From: Lama glama
Taxonomy: Eukaryota
Direction of reading: 5' to 3'
Assembly: GCA_028534125.1 (NCBI GenBank)
Contig: CM052822.1
Coordinates: 25,792,001-25,856,000, forward strand
Length of the DNA stretch: 64,000 nt
The first letter of the stretch is position 1. Each line of letters begins with the position of its first letter. Below, piece after piece: positions 27,280-41,155 of this stretch. The position numbers were made by a program, and so were the translations under genes. The notes under the pieces are model-generated. The model saw only the letters and a program-made list of their open reading frames with translations. It did no database searches and was not told the origin of the DNA.

Positions 27280-27460
27280 TAATGACACTAAGCATTTATT
27301 GATCACCTGTAGTGTTCCAGGCAGCATTCTCAGTGCTTGATATACATTGACTTATGATCCTCGTAACAGTTTTATAAGAAAGGGAATATTTTCATCCCCA
27401 CTTTGCAGATGAAGAGCTAGAAGCACGCAAGATTTAAAAAAACTTGCCCAAGATCAACAT
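27280..27460 (-). mobile_element. MIR SINE
   Basis: catttattgatcacctgtagtgttccaggca...tttcatccccactttgcagatgaagagctagaagcac...aacttgcccaagatca. Confidence 0.8.
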
Positions 27461-27879
27461 TATATTCGTAACCATTATTCTTCAGCTTCCTCCCAAGACA
27501 TATAAGAGCCTTTCTAAGAAGAGGTTGGAGCAGCTAGCCAGATGGAGAAGATTGGTTCTTAAAAATCAGGCTAGGCATACAAGTAGTATTATCAAACACA
27601 CTCCAGCAAAAGGATATCTCCCAGAAGGGGGCCCCTGTGTATTCCGTTTTTAAATGTTGGTTAATTTCCTTAAAGATGAAATTACTTTCTTTTGCCTCCA
27701 TCATTTTGGATTTAGCTCTGGATACAGTGGAATGATGAGTCTTTTCTTTTCCTTAAACCATTAGTTTCTTGATGTGAGTTTTAGAAATATTCTTTGATGA
27801 TTAACATTTTGGGCTTTTGAGGAATGTTAACTGGAATTAAAAACTAACTTGAAAATAGATACAATTGATAGAATACTAT

Positions 27880-28110
27880 TAGGATAATACTTAACATAAT
27901 TGGGAATGCTCATAATATACAAATAGTATGTCTAGTATAAGCCCAATTTTATTTAAAAATGTATGTATGTATGTGCACACATTCTAAAAGACCAGAAAGA
28001 TATACCTTCACTTATCTCTGAGAGTATCAAGGATATATATGTGTTTCTTTCTATTTTCCTGAATTTCCCAGTTCTTAAAAATGACATATGTTACCTGAAT
28101 AAGCAGAAAA
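27880..28110 (+). mobile_element. Old L1 (L1ME-type) 3' end
   Basis: gggaatgctcataatatacaaatagtatgtctagtataagcccaatttt...aaagaccagaaagatatacc...ttatctctg. Confidence 0.65.
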
Positions 28111-31100
28111 GATGCTAGTAAAAGTGAAATACAGTTTGAGCATCATGTTTTAGAAATGGTCCCAGTGGATGCTTAATTAAATTATGAATCCTAATCAACC
28201 AACATAGGTGTATACCTATCTCTACTTTTTTTTTTTTACGTTAAATTTTCTGACTCAAGATAGAACATTGACTTCTGAATCTAAAACAGGACTAGGCAAG
28301 CTTCAGAAGGTCTATTCTCTATCACACATCACAGAGAAAACTGTCCGCTCCCATTCTAAACTTCGGATCCTTGGAATCGTTTGCTGCTTTCTTAGTGTAT
28401 AGCACTATTTAGGTAGGGAAAGAAAAAGAACATTGTGTGTTAAAAAGAGAATAAACTATGCCTATGGCAAAAATCGACCTTTTTTTTGAGGATTATATTC
28501 AGCTATTGGGTTTGAATTATTGGAGCTCTTTAAGACTGCCCACTCAATCAGGTATTTGAATATAGATGCTTCTGGTTTGTTCCTAGAATGGACAATAGAA
28601 CCGGTGAATAGTATCTGGAGACCAGAAAGCTTAACTTATGAAAATATTCTATGTTGATGTTATCAATTTCATTGATGGTATAAGAAGGGAGGAAGCAAAA
28701 GGAATTGAGAAGAAACTTTAGGAAGCACTTTCTATCACTAATAAAAAATGAAAAACATTGAGACGTAGTATGAGGGCTGGAAAAGAAAAAAAGGATTTCA
28801 GGAGAAGTAAAGCTACCTTGGGGTGATTCTGGCTGGGGGCAGGGGTTACCCTCGTGGAAATTCCTCCCTCATAGGCTGAGACAAGCTTCACCAGCAAATG
28901 CTTTATCTCTTTATTTGGAGTGCACAGTCACTATGCTCTCTTAGTAATGCTCACAGAGATTCCTCAAGAAATGCTCTTTATCGTGGTTAACTGGCCTGCC
29001 CAAACTATAAACCCTGGAGACAGCTTAGTTAACAATTGATGGGCCATTCAAATTAAAGGAGCAAAACAAACTGCCAAAACAAATGAATGAGTGATGCGTC
29101 TTCAGTTAGTTAATACCAGAACTACTCACTGCCAGACAGAACTTCTGCAAAGGGCAGGGGAAATATCCATCTCAATTCCATTGCATGGAACTAGGCCCCC
29201 CCCATTCTTCCTATTGCATTCAAAGCACAAAAATTTTTATAGGTTTAATTCATGCTTTATGCATAACTGCTCGCTCCTTAGAGCAGAATACCAATACCTT
29301 GCCAAACAGTTGCTCTGATGTGGCTGTGTAGTTTTTGCTTGTTCATTGTCTGCTCCCCATCCTAATCTCTTCTAGCAAAACATATTCATGCCAACTGCAA
29401 AAATAATAAAAACGTAAATATTTTAAACCAGTGTAGCAATAAATTAATTTCATGCCTATTCTAAATGATCCTGTTAGTAAAAATAGAACTCCTCTGGTGC
29501 TTGAGAATGACTGTACAGAAGATGTGATTTTGCTGGCTTTCTCCCTGGGGTTTTGTGACATTGCTCACAGCTCTTCCCAACTGTTGCCAGAAGCTGTGTC
29601 AGTCGTGGGTTGTGGGTGCGCAACAGCCAACTGGAAGGAAAGTTGGCATCACCTAGTTGAAGGCATATCTCAGATCGACGGATTGTGGCTGCCATCTCAG
29701 TTAGTAAACACTGTAGCTTCCCTGCTGGATTGAATTTCTACTCCAGACTCCTGACGGGAAGAGAAAATCAAGAGGGAGGGAAGAGGATAAGCATCACCTG
29801 AATGCTTTGCTGACTGGCAAGTCATTAAGGCAGGATGTTTTTCTTTGAGCCCAGAACTCAATCCAGGTGAAGTGTGACTCATTTTTGTTCTTAATGTCAG
29901 TAAGTAGAGCTAGTAAACTGCTTCCCATGCTTATAAAGTGTGTGTGGAGGACCATGCTCTTTAGAAACCAGAGTCTGAGACAATCTTTGCTGGATATAAA
30001 AGGAGTAGGAAGGCACAGAATTATTTTGTTCTTTGTTTACTTAACCTTTCATTGCCAGTTCCAGGAGGCATGGGCAGTCATCCTCCTGAATCACCTTCTA
30101 TTATTTTCTGGACTGTGTCCTCTCCGAAAGTGGACATCAAGAGTCCTGTTAAACTTTGGATCAGAGGTAGCAAACAGTAGAGATAAAATAGGACACTTTT
30201 GTGGAGAACTCTTTTCAGTCTGATCACCTCTGGCTTATAAAATGGTACCTCAAAGCAGATGTGACGTGGTGTGTTTTTCCTTACGATGATTCTCACAGAC
30301 TTTATGGTCATTCTCAGAAACCTGGAGAGAGAAGATGGATAGATTCCAGTCCACTGTCATCATGGGTGTGTCCTTTCAAAACAAGCAAAATGTGTTTTTG
30401 CTGTCAATAGAGTGTTCATTTCTTTTCTCTCAAGAGTATTTCCCAGAAAAATGGCTGGAAAGAGTTTTTCTTATACCCATCTTTCAAGCATGCATGCAAT
30501 ATAGGATCTTGGCATTTTTAAAGTCAAGAACATGGAGGAAAGCATAAGTCAACCGAAAAATTGAAACACAGAATCCGTGTTTTCTGCTTAAATCTGATAA
30601 AAGGGCTCTAGATTTCGTTGGTGTGTTTAGGTGCCCCTATCGCATATTTTGTGGAATGAGCTGACGTTGTCTCTTGGCCCACTGTTGCGTTTTACCGAAT
30701 TCTGAGAAAAACAACTTTACAGTGGATTTACATTTCTAAGGCCACAGCCTAGTGAACTGTAGGTTCACAAAATAAATAACAAAGTGGTTCTTTTGATTCA
30801 GTTTTCTCCCACAAATCTTGCGGTAGCCTAACACCTTTCATTGGTTTAGAGATCAGGGACTCCTTGTGTGCCTTAAAATGCTAACATTTATCTTGAAATT
30901 TCCATTGGCCTTGACCACCCCTAATTAGGTGGGATAATGCCAGATAAGGTTTTCACTGTCAAGAGAATCCATTCCTTATTGCTTCCTCTTCATCTGCTTT
31001 GGTTTCCAAGAAAGCAAAGCAATGTGTTTTCTGACTCTCCCATCAAGACCAGCGAGGGAGCTTTATTCTCTCTAGTTCCTTTGGCATCATCTCTTCTCCT

Positions 31101-33199
31101 GATGACTCAGGCATTTGACCATTTGGAATCACTGGAAGCTTTTCTGTGTGACTCTTTTGTATGACCATGAGAACTGATCCCAAACTAAACCTTCGCTTAA
31201 GCTCATCTGGGTGGATGAGACCCATTACTTACCCAGATTATTTCAAGGAAAAGAATATTTAGAGTAAGTATTCACGTGGCCCAGAATTTCAGTAACAACA
31301 CCGTGAGAAATCCCAGCCCCTCTCTTGACTAGTTGGCTACTTCTTTTCTCCTACATAGGTATCTCTGATGAAAGTTTTGCTTTTCTATTACCTCTATTAT
31401 ACCTTCTCTACTAATTGTCTTTACTGATTGTCTCTGGTTCTTCATGCTCCCAGCTTACTCCAAGTCTCATGATTCTAACTTTAACTATGCTTTTAGCTCT
31501 CCCAAATGATGGTTAAAATTCTTTTGGGTTTTCCAGAAACTATTTCCTGAGGAGCCCTGTTCCAGTTTTATTTTAAATAACAAGTCCTTTCATAGGCCAG
31601 TTGCTAAGTATGAATTATTTGCATTTGGTTCATGTTTCCACCTCTGGTCAAATCATCTCCAGCAGGGCTCTTGGTAAATAGCATGCCAGGGAAGTGTGAG
31701 CAGGACATTTCTTCATGGAAGAGGCTATGGGCAGGGCCTTCAGTGACTAATAACCTGTGTATATGACATGCCATCCTTAAAGTGGGTCTATTTCTGTAGG
31801 ACTACTCAGAGCCAGACATATATTTAAAAATAAAGGAGGCAAAATTTATATTATTCTAAACTTGGACATTTTTATCTGCGTTATCCTTTGAATAGCTCAA
31901 AAGAGAAATGTGAAATTATGAAACAAAATATTGAAATATTATGACTTACATCAGATCTTTTCAGATTCTATTATTCTCTTTGTCTTGGGTATTCAGTGCC
32001 ACTAGACTGCACATTTCTCTGAGGTGAACTGTATTTGCTGCTCTCTGAGGTTAGTTTTCTGCTAGTGAGGCTGTGTTGAGTGTGATGTTCATAATAGATC
32101 TAAACAGTTTAGTTCAAGGGGAACATATGGTCTTTTGGTGTTGCTCTGGGTATGATTTCATCGGTCTATTCAATCATGTACTTTCTCTCAGTAGCACTTA
32201 ACAAAATCATAGGCAGTTTGAGCTGGGAGTGGCTTTACATCACCTAGTCCAATATCTTCATATTTATAGGAAGGATTGGTTGAAAATCAGATAATTAGTG
32301 TCCGTGTGGAAATTAGGAGCTGAATTACAGAGCAAAGATTTTTCAAATGCTCCATGCTGTTTCCAAAGATGGGTAAACATTTCTTTAAAATTTATATTCA
32401 TCATCAGCTCTTTAAATACAGGTGAATAGAATAGAGAAGATTATGTAAATATTAACTAAAAAATATCCTGCAGATGTTAGAGACTTCTGTCACCTATGAC
32501 TGGTTGTGAACCAAGATATTGGGCTATAATTTCCTCAAATGCTTTCAGCCTAGAATTTCCCTTGTATGTTTCTCTTCGGGACCCAATTTCCTTTGTCAAT
32601 GGATAGGTAAACAAGAACTAATAATGTACTTTCATTAGCTACATTCTCCTCCTTGATGCTATGAATTTCTTTATCTGATGCTCTGTGCAAATGTTTTAGA
32701 TGATATTTTATACACAAACCCAGCATAGCAGCTTATTATGGGGCTTCTTAAGGAAAAGGCTATATTTTGTTGGGTAGGCTATGTTAATGCGATGAGGAGA
32801 ATATTTTTTATTTAAGTTTCTTTTCACAGTATTATTTTCTTAACTGTGGTTCTACTTTTGTGTGTATGTACCTCTCCAAATGCGATGTTTTGGTTAGTGA
32901 ACAGGTGATCAAATATCTCTTCCATAATGCATAAAAGTACGTTCACTTCCTCAGCAAAATCCTACTTTTAACAGGATAAATGTTTATTGAATCAGTGCCA
33001 AATGTTCTTTGAAGACCTCTGGTACTTGAGGTCTATGTCAACTATGCTTTGATGGAGGATGTTTTCTTTTGTCCTTATATGGATAATAATTTCCAAGACT
33101 AAAGACCTTTATCTGGCTCTAAGCCAATACTGAATGCAGTTTGGTATCTTTGCATTTGTATCCTGACCAATTTACTGAGCAACCTAACAGGGGCTGATA

Positions 33200-34010
33200 A
33201 TCAATAAGAATTTCAATTTACAAATGCCAAAGGAAATATAGAATCAGAAAAAAAATGATCATTTAAAAAATTCTAAAAATATTAGCCCTTGAAAATGAAG
33301 GTCAATGATTTCTGAAACTATTTTGTTGAATTTTTTGGAATTAGTGGATCAGGCTGACAATTCTTGACCCCATTGATTAATCTTAATCTCACTAAATTTA
33401 GGACCACCAGACATCCCATGCATCCTGATTGGTGTCATAGGACATATACAGCCCCATCTATGAAGATTTTTGCCCGAAATTATTAAACCTGGATTTAATT
33501 AGGCCCCTAGACATAGCTACCAGTTCAACAAATAAATGGCTTGAGGAAAAAAAGGAAAGAGAACCATTATAACCATTATAGATTAAAAGAAATTTAACAT
33601 TGATTAAAACAAAGTGTAATGAGTAGACATTGCTAGGATCCTAATTCAAACTCATCACTGTAAGAAGACATTTTTTTAACATCCACAGAAATCAAACATA
33701 GACTGGGCATTAGATTATATTAAGGAATATTAATTGATTTTGTTAAGTATGGTAACTGTCTTGTGGCTATTTTAAGATACCTGTTAGAGATATATACTGA
33801 TGAATTTACATGTGAAATGATATTTGGGACTTACTTTAAAATAGTTCAGTTACAAACAAACACATAAATAAAATGTGGGAAAGTAGGTGAAATCAAGAAT
33901 AATGTACTGTTGATGATTTTTGAAGCTGGGTGATGGATCCATGGGAGAGTAAATGCTCTTGTCTCTATCTTTGTGTATTTTTCAAATTAAAAAATAGAAT
34001 AAAATAATAT
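33200..34010 (+). mobile_element. L1ME-type 3' end
   Basis: tggatcaggctgacaa...attgattaatcttaatctcactaa...tatagattaaaagaaatttaac...ggatcctaattcaaac...agatatatactga...tgaagctgggtgatgg...ctatctttgtgtattt. Confidence 0.8.
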
Positions 34011-34559
34011 AACAAAGAGAACTTTATCTTCTTAGAATATGCAAGATTTTTAAAACCAAAACTCATATTTGACTTGGTGAGAAAAACAGGTATTCTTCAA
34101 AGTCTGACACTACTCAGCTCCGAAGGCTGACAGCTTGTCTCTTAGGACAGGCCTGCTTTTGGTACTACTTTGCTATGTTACTGGTTGTGTGTCAATAGGC
34201 ATTAACACCTATGAGCCAGAGTTACCATCTATATTATGAAAATGATAGTATCCACAGTGCACGTTGTAATGAGGTTTAAATATGACAATGTGTAAGAAAC
34301 ACTTGGTATGATGCCCAGCATGTGTTCACTCAGCATATAGAGCTGTTACTATCTTTGCTTCATTTAACAAAGACCGATGAAGTGTCAGGTATGTTCCAGA
34401 CTTGTGCTTAATCCAGGGAATATTTATAGAGACAAAGATGGGGCATCTTCCCATGAATGGTTCCAAATTTATTGAAAAAGTTGAATCATAGGAGATTGCT
34501 GTTTTACAGATGTCAGAGTGAAATATCAACAGTTTTATATGGTTCAACCCAGTATCATA

Positions 34560-34800
34560 GAGGTAGTGTGGTGCAATGGTTATGGTGAGAGACTCTGGTA
34601 TCAGACTCTCTGGGCTTGAAATCTGGCTCTGGCACGAACAAACTGTATGATCTCAGCAAAATCACCTTTGGTGCCTTGTTTATGATCTGTAAAATGGGGA
34701 TAGACTAGTACTTACCTGACAGGATTGTTATGAGGATTGCACATAAGATACATACAACAATACTTCATACATAATAAGTCCTGCGTATTATTGTCATTGG
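34560..34800 (+). mobile_element. MIR SINE
   Basis: ggtagtgtggtgcaatggtta...gactctggtatcagac...tgaaatctggctctggcac...atctgtaaaatggggata...ggattgttatgaggatt. Confidence 0.8.
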
Positions 34801-35230
34801 TGCATATGCTGATGGTGTATGAAGAGATCTGTGAATACACCCAGTTGTGGGAGGTACAGATAATCCTATTAGTTGTTGGGAGTTGATGCTGAGTGGTGAT
34901 GGAAAGTTTCAGAATAAGTATGACATGTGAACTTTAGCAGGAAGAAGGAGCCACTCAGGCCAAGAAAGTTTGCCCTAAGGACATTTTAGGGAAAGACCCT
35001 GAAAGTGGGAAAGGAGAGTTCCAGGAGCAGAAGGAAGTGGAGTGGGATCAGAGTTTAGAATAGGGGGCTGGGAGGTGGAAAGGAACTGGACATGAAACTG
35101 GGTGCTTAATGTCTTGGTAATTCAGGAGGCAGAAGGAGTCACACAAAAATTTTACCTAGTGTAGTGACAGCAGTGTGGCAACTAGTTGGAATAGAAGGAA
35201 GACTTGCTGGCAGTCTATAAAAATAACTTA

Positions 35231-35388
35231 CAGCCTTGCTATTCAAAGTTTGGTTCCTGAACCAGCAGCATCAGTATCACCAAGGATTCTGTTAGAAACA
35301 GGAATTCCTGGGCCCCACCCCATCTACGCAATCAGAACTTGCATGTAACAAGATCTGGAGATGATTCATGAGCATGTGAGAAACACTG
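35231..35388. mobile_element. MER5A hAT-Charlie MITE inserted in an L2 (L2 remnants about 34880-35700, minus strand)
   Basis: gctattcaaagtttggttcctgaaccagcagcatcagtatcacc...tgttagaaacaggaattcctgggccccaccc...aatcagaacttgcat...gatgattcatg...gagaaacactg. Confidence 0.8.
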
Positions 35389-36223
35389 GTCTGGAGACAG
35401 CCCCTGAGAGCCTAGGCTAAGGCAGGGACAGTAGTGATGGAAAGAAGAAACAATGACCATTAACAGATATATTTAAGATGTGAAACTGGGAAGAGTTGGC
35501 TGATAAGGTATGGAAATTGAGGACAGGGTGGTTGAAGAGGATTAATTGAGAATGAATCTGTGATTCCTTATTAAGATTTCTAGATGGATGATTGGGAACA
35601 CAGGAAAAGGGGAAGTTTGAGGAACAAAGGTGAGGAAAAAGAATTTATTTTATGGCATCCTGATTTTAAGCAGCCTATGGGACACAGAAGAAGATCCATA
35701 AAAAATAGACTGAGGAAAATGGAATCACATTAATAAGAAGAAAATCTGAAGAAAGCAGTTAGCTTAATGCGAAGGAAAAATCCAATGTAAATTCTAGACA
35801 TATCCCCTCTAACTGTTCTATAAAGAACAAAGGCACATTAGAATTGTCTCTCTAGTGTGCATTAAATGCTCTGAAAATTTTTCAAGTTGTAAAGTCAAAT
35901 ATTTCTGGCTCCTCTGTTAAGTATAAATGCATAAAAATAAAAGTGTAAGGCACAACAGAGCTTGATAATTTGTCTGTAATTCTCCCGTACAGACTTGGCA
36001 AGAATTCATGCTCCAGAATTTGGAGAGGTTAGGGAGTCCTGGCGATTTCTTGGCATCAGTATTAGTGGATTTTCTTTTTTAAACTTGGTTTGGAAGGATG
36101 TGGAGAATTCAGTTATCTGAGTTCACTATCTGCTGGGTTTAAATGAAATGCTACCCAGGGGTAGGTTTAAGAGGTTATGTAGCCAGATTGTGGAATCTGT
36201 AAATATGCAATCACTCTCCCACC

Positions 36224-36424
36224 CAGAGCTGCCAGATTTAGCAAATAAAAATACAGGACCCCCCCAGTTAAATTTGAATCTAAGATATACTTGAATAATA
36301 TTTTAATATAAAAATATTATGCCAAATATTGAATAGGAGATTATATATATATATAATATATATAAAGAATCACTATCTGAAATTGAAATTTAACTAGTGT
36401 CATTTATTTTATCTAGCAACTCCC
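36224..36424. mobile_element. MER53 palindromic hAT MITE
   Basis: cagagctgccagatttagcaaataaaaatacaggac...cagttaaatttgaat ... tatctgaaattgaaatttaact...tttatctagcaact (long inverted arms). Confidence 0.85.
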
Positions 36425-36456
36425 TCCAACATCCTAAGTGTAGTAAAGATTAGCTT

Positions 36457-36510
36457 ATGTATATATGTGTGTGTGTATATATAAATATATATATATATAC
36501 ATATATATAC
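36457..36510 (+). repeat. (TA)n/(TG)n microsatellite
   Basis: atgtatatatgtgtgtgtgtatatataaatatatatatatatacatatatatac. Confidence 0.85.
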
Positions 36511-37179
36511 TGAAAAGATAGCAAATTGTAGCAAATACTAATGTTTAAAAGTTAAGCTGAGAATTTGCAAGACTTTGTGTAGAAATTTATAACACTAATT
36601 CATACACTCATCTATATATCCAGTTTGGAGGAAAATAGCAGAACAGGCTTGCTAGGAGAGTTATGCCATGATTTTTCTTGCTGTGCTTATGGTAAAATTA
36701 CTGGTTTATATTTTTAACCCCTGCATCCATTTTAGCACCTTGTTCCAAAATGTTAATACAGCATTTAGTAGGAAGACAGTCTGTAATTAAAACATAAGTT
36801 TTCAAACAAACTGCAGATGTAGAGCTGGAAGTGTAGCCTTGATGCTTGGTTTGTAAAGGAGATTCTAATATTAGACAGATGTGCTTCTCCTAAGCAAGGC
36901 AATGTGAAAATAAATCTGTATTACAGGTACTGTCTAATATATATAGAAAACTCCTCTTCAATTGGGTCTGTTTTTAGAAATTCTAAGATATGGATCTATG
37001 TTAGGTCTTTTCTTCCCAATCAAATTCAATAATTATATTAGGCAGAAAATGATTTAAAAATAGTTGGAAGTACAAAGTATTATGGGATTACAGAGAAATA
37101 AGAAATTAATTCCATCAAGGTTCATTGAAGAAGTTTCACAGAGGGTGGCATGTGAGTATCTTAAAATATATGATTTTTA

Positions 37180-37710
37180 AAATATCTTTTTAGTGTGCTG
37201 TTTTTTTCTGGTTATTAAGGTAATATATGCAGAAATTTTGTAAAGCTAGGAGAGCTTATAAATGCAGCAGAGAAAATTACCCCAAATCTCAAGATGTAGA
37301 ATTATCTCAATATTATCTCAATATTATTGTTTTGATATATTCCCTTCCAGTCTTATCTGATTTTGTACATATTATGCAATTTGTATCCTGCTATTTCACT
37401 TAATGTATGTCTTAAACATTTATTCTTGTCACTAAGAACTCTCTGTTAACATCATTTAACAGCTAACCAATAATTCATAATATGGATGAATAATGATTTT
37501 TAATATAACCCTCTAACTTTGGGTTCTTAGTTACCTTCCAAGTTTTTTTCCCTTTTATGATAAGATACATTGTTGTACATTTTAAAAAATCTATAGTTCT
37601 TTTGATTATTTCTAAGACTTAGAAGTAGAATTACTGGGTTAAGTGTATAAAATAACATTAATGATCTTGATACACATACTACCTAACTGCCTTCTGAGTA
37701 GATTGTCCCA
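37180..37710 (-). mobile_element. Old L1 (L1ME-type) fragment interrupting L2 remnants
   Basis: gtaatatatgc...atattcccttccagtc...aatttgtatcctgct...tagaagtagaattactgggttaag...cttgatacacatact. Confidence 0.65.
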
Positions 37711-40364
37711 ATTTAGACTGGAAGAGTCAACAGAAAGAATAAAAGGGCAACCCTGGAGGACAGAGGTGGGAAAGTTTGTTATGTGGTCAGCAGTAGGAAT
37801 AATCAGATTTATGTGGAGTATAAGGCATGAGTGATGGAAGGGTGACATCAGGCTAAAAGAACCATTTAGGACCAGGTTATGCAAGATCTTAAATGCCAAA
37901 CTATTGCAATGAACCTTCCTTCTACAGGGAGTTGTGAGCCATAGAAGGCTTCTGAGCAGGAGAATGCCATGCATGACTTTAGAACTTTCTTCCAGTTAAT
38001 TATAGGTTATTAAATGCCTCTGAACTTTTGAATCATGCCCAAATAATATTTAAGGTCATCAGCTGTCAAAATTTGAATGTCTGGAAATAAACTATGCCAT
38101 TGGCTCATCATGTTTAAAGATATCATTGACATTTACCTTATTGAACATAAATTGATTTTTACACACTTCTGTCAGTGACTGCATAAAACACCTGGAAGGT
38201 AGAAAGTGCTAGGTCAACTCTATGTCATAGGAGCCTTTTAATGTGTACTGCGGTGGTATGTAGAACTGAGAGTGTTATAAAGATTTATTGAGGATTTAAG
38301 ATGTTTCCAGGACCTTCTTGTTTAATGATGTGCCCTGTAGCCATTCCTAGCTCAGAGCAGGACTAGAAGAGCAGAAATACTATAAAAGAGTCGATCCCAG
38401 TACATATCATCTACCTAAAAGCAGGATGATGCAGTATATTCTTTTTCCCCAAATGCTTGGTTTTGCTACGACACTAAATATTTATATGAAAAGATAAAGA
38501 AATAAGTTACTCAAATATTTAGTTTTATTTTTCATCTTGTAGGCAAAACTGAGTGATTTTATTATCTCCCATAACACAGATGCTTTCTGGAGCAAGTACA
38601 GACTCAGATTAGTGTTGCTCAGTCTGGTCAACAGAGATGGTCTCTTTTTGAAGGGAAGAGATGAAATCTGTTAACTTCTTTTATATGAAGCATGCCTACG
38701 CAAAGGAAGACGAGACACTGTCTGAGTCTGACAGTCACGTGATTCTTACCAGGGCTGTTTTCCTGGTGTCCTTGTGTCACACACACTGAGGCTGGGACAA
38801 TGCAAAGCCTTCCACATTTGGAATCTATTGAAACGCTGAAGGTTCTGAGTTTCAAATTCAACTTGATCTTTTCAGTCTTTGGATTCTATCTCCTGCTGTC
38901 ATAACATCACTTCTCGATTCAAAGGGGAAAAAAGTTTCATAGTACCGCAAATAGAGCTGCTCTGGCATGGCTATGCGTCAAGTGTAAATGAATCACAAAA
39001 CTGAGCATTAACTTTTACTTGAAATAGATAAGACTTTAAAAAATAGGGATAAAATTGCATTGATGGCTTGAAATAGCTATTCAAGTACTTTATGGCGCCT
39101 ACCACCAGGCATGCTTGGTTGAGAGCACAAGGCCGTCCTTCCACGTTACCGCAGTCATTGGAGACATTTCGTTAAATCTAAAATGTAAATAGCCTCTCCC
39201 TTTTATACTATTCTTGACTCTGTCATTAATGCTCTATCATTTAAGTGACGAAAAGAGTACTTCTGACCAGGTTTTCTAATTTTGTCATAAAACTTTGCCC
39301 AGAATGAATTTTTGCTTAAAAGGCCAACCGTTTAATACATTTTTCTTTTGGCCAATTTAAAGTGAATAAATCAGGTCAGTTCTTTTTATGACACAAAAGG
39401 GAAAAATGATAAGTTTTCGTACTCCAGACTCTTTTATTTTTAAATTCCTACAACTGAAATGTCTCTTCTCACCTTTAAGTACAAGCTGACAGGTCTTTAA
39501 TCCTTAATGTAGATTTGTACCTATGGGTATTTTGGGGAGAAAACTCATTAAAATTCTTTTGTTTTATATGTGACTGTCCTAAAAGAAATTTGGAATTCAT
39601 GTTTAGAGTTTGTTAAAATGAATAGAAAGCATATAAATCCTTTTTAAGAGTTAAAGTACACAAAATTACTTCTAACTATAGTCAATGCTGTCACTCTTTT
39701 CTTGAGTGTCTGCTACTATTCTATAGAAAGAACTTAAGTTCTGTAAGCTCCATATTTTCAATATGAGTATATTTATTCCATTTGCATTATCTGGGTAGGT
39801 CTCATATCCCTAATGTAATTTTCTGTAATGCTTTCCTGTATTTCTGAGAAGCACTGGCTATTTTTTATTTAATTCTACCAAAAGGTGAGGCATTTGGTAA
39901 TCATCCTGCTTTTCTTTTGAAGGAAATAGGCTCTTATTTAGTGAAGGTTAGCTAGCAAAAGTTTCGATGTAAGCAGTGAAGAATGTTTTCTGAATTCTGG
40001 TGAATCTATTGTGTATGGTTTTGCCACATTGTATTTTCCATTTTCTTCCTCCTTTCCCCTTTCCCTCTTCTACTGAATGTTTGAAGGCCTTCTAAATGGA
40101 GAAGAGCCGCCATCAACAAACTTACATTTCAAGCTGGTCTTGACAGATTTTACTATCTGCAGAAACTTTCCAACTACATTGTGGATTAGGATCCCCTTTT
40201 TCCTAATTGTCTAAAATAGATTTTATCTCTGATTATTCTAGCCATTGATAGTAACCCACCAAGAGACACATTATGCTTTTGCTTTTTACTTTATTTTGCT
40301 TAAATAAGTACATCATATTTTCCCACTGTCTAAGCTACATTCTGGGCATGCATTTGAAATTTTC

Positions 40365-41155
40365 ATTTATTCAGTCCATCTTCACACAGTGAACATCAAC
40401 CCTGTGTTGAGCTTGGGGTCGGGCACTGGAAGCACAACGATGAGAACGAACGCTAGTCACTGTTTGTGCCCTTGGGGTGAGAGTGAGGGGAACGGAGCAA
40501 ATGGGATGTCAACACGACTCAGTTTGTCCCTCTAGCAGTAAGCATTACAGCCGTGTTAAGAGCTACAAAGCAGACCACAGTGCTAAGAAGCGTATAATAG
40601 GAAGAGCTAATTTCCACTGAGGCCATTCCACTGAGAGGAGGCTTGCTTGAAGTGACTTTTAAGAAAGAATGTAATGATGGACATTGTAGACAGGTAGGCA
40701 GCAGAACAAAGGGGTGAGAGGACGTGTATCTGGGACTGAGAGAAAGCTGGAGCACAGTGTGTGAGGGGCGGGTCTTGTCAGGTGAAACAGGAGAGTTAGA
40801 TCTGGACCAGATCATACATGACTCTGAAGGTCCTGTTGACAGTGTTTAAACTTTAATCCATATTCAAGATGTAAAAGCCATTGAAGACTTTTGAAAAGGT
40901 GAGGGATATGGTAGATCTTTTTTAAAAGGTCAGTTTAGTTGTTAAGGGGAGTACAGATCAGCATCATTAGAGTATGTGTGTTGAAACCTGTGTGGGGCTA
41001 TTGTAATGATCCAGAGTGGTGGGAGCAGAGAGTAGGGAATGGATCTAGGGGATATTAATAATTGGATAAGGGAGGTGAAGGAGAGGAGGTGTCCAGGATA
41101 ACTACCAGGTTTCTGACTTGCTTCCTTTATGGATGGTGGTTGTTCTTCATTGAAA
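40365..41155 (-). mobile_element. L2 LINE fragment
   Basis: catttattcagtcc...gggcactggaagcacaacgatgagaa...gaagtgacttttaag...ggaccagatcatac...aagccattgaagacttttga...gtaatgatccagag...ccaggtttctgacttg. Confidence 0.8.
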
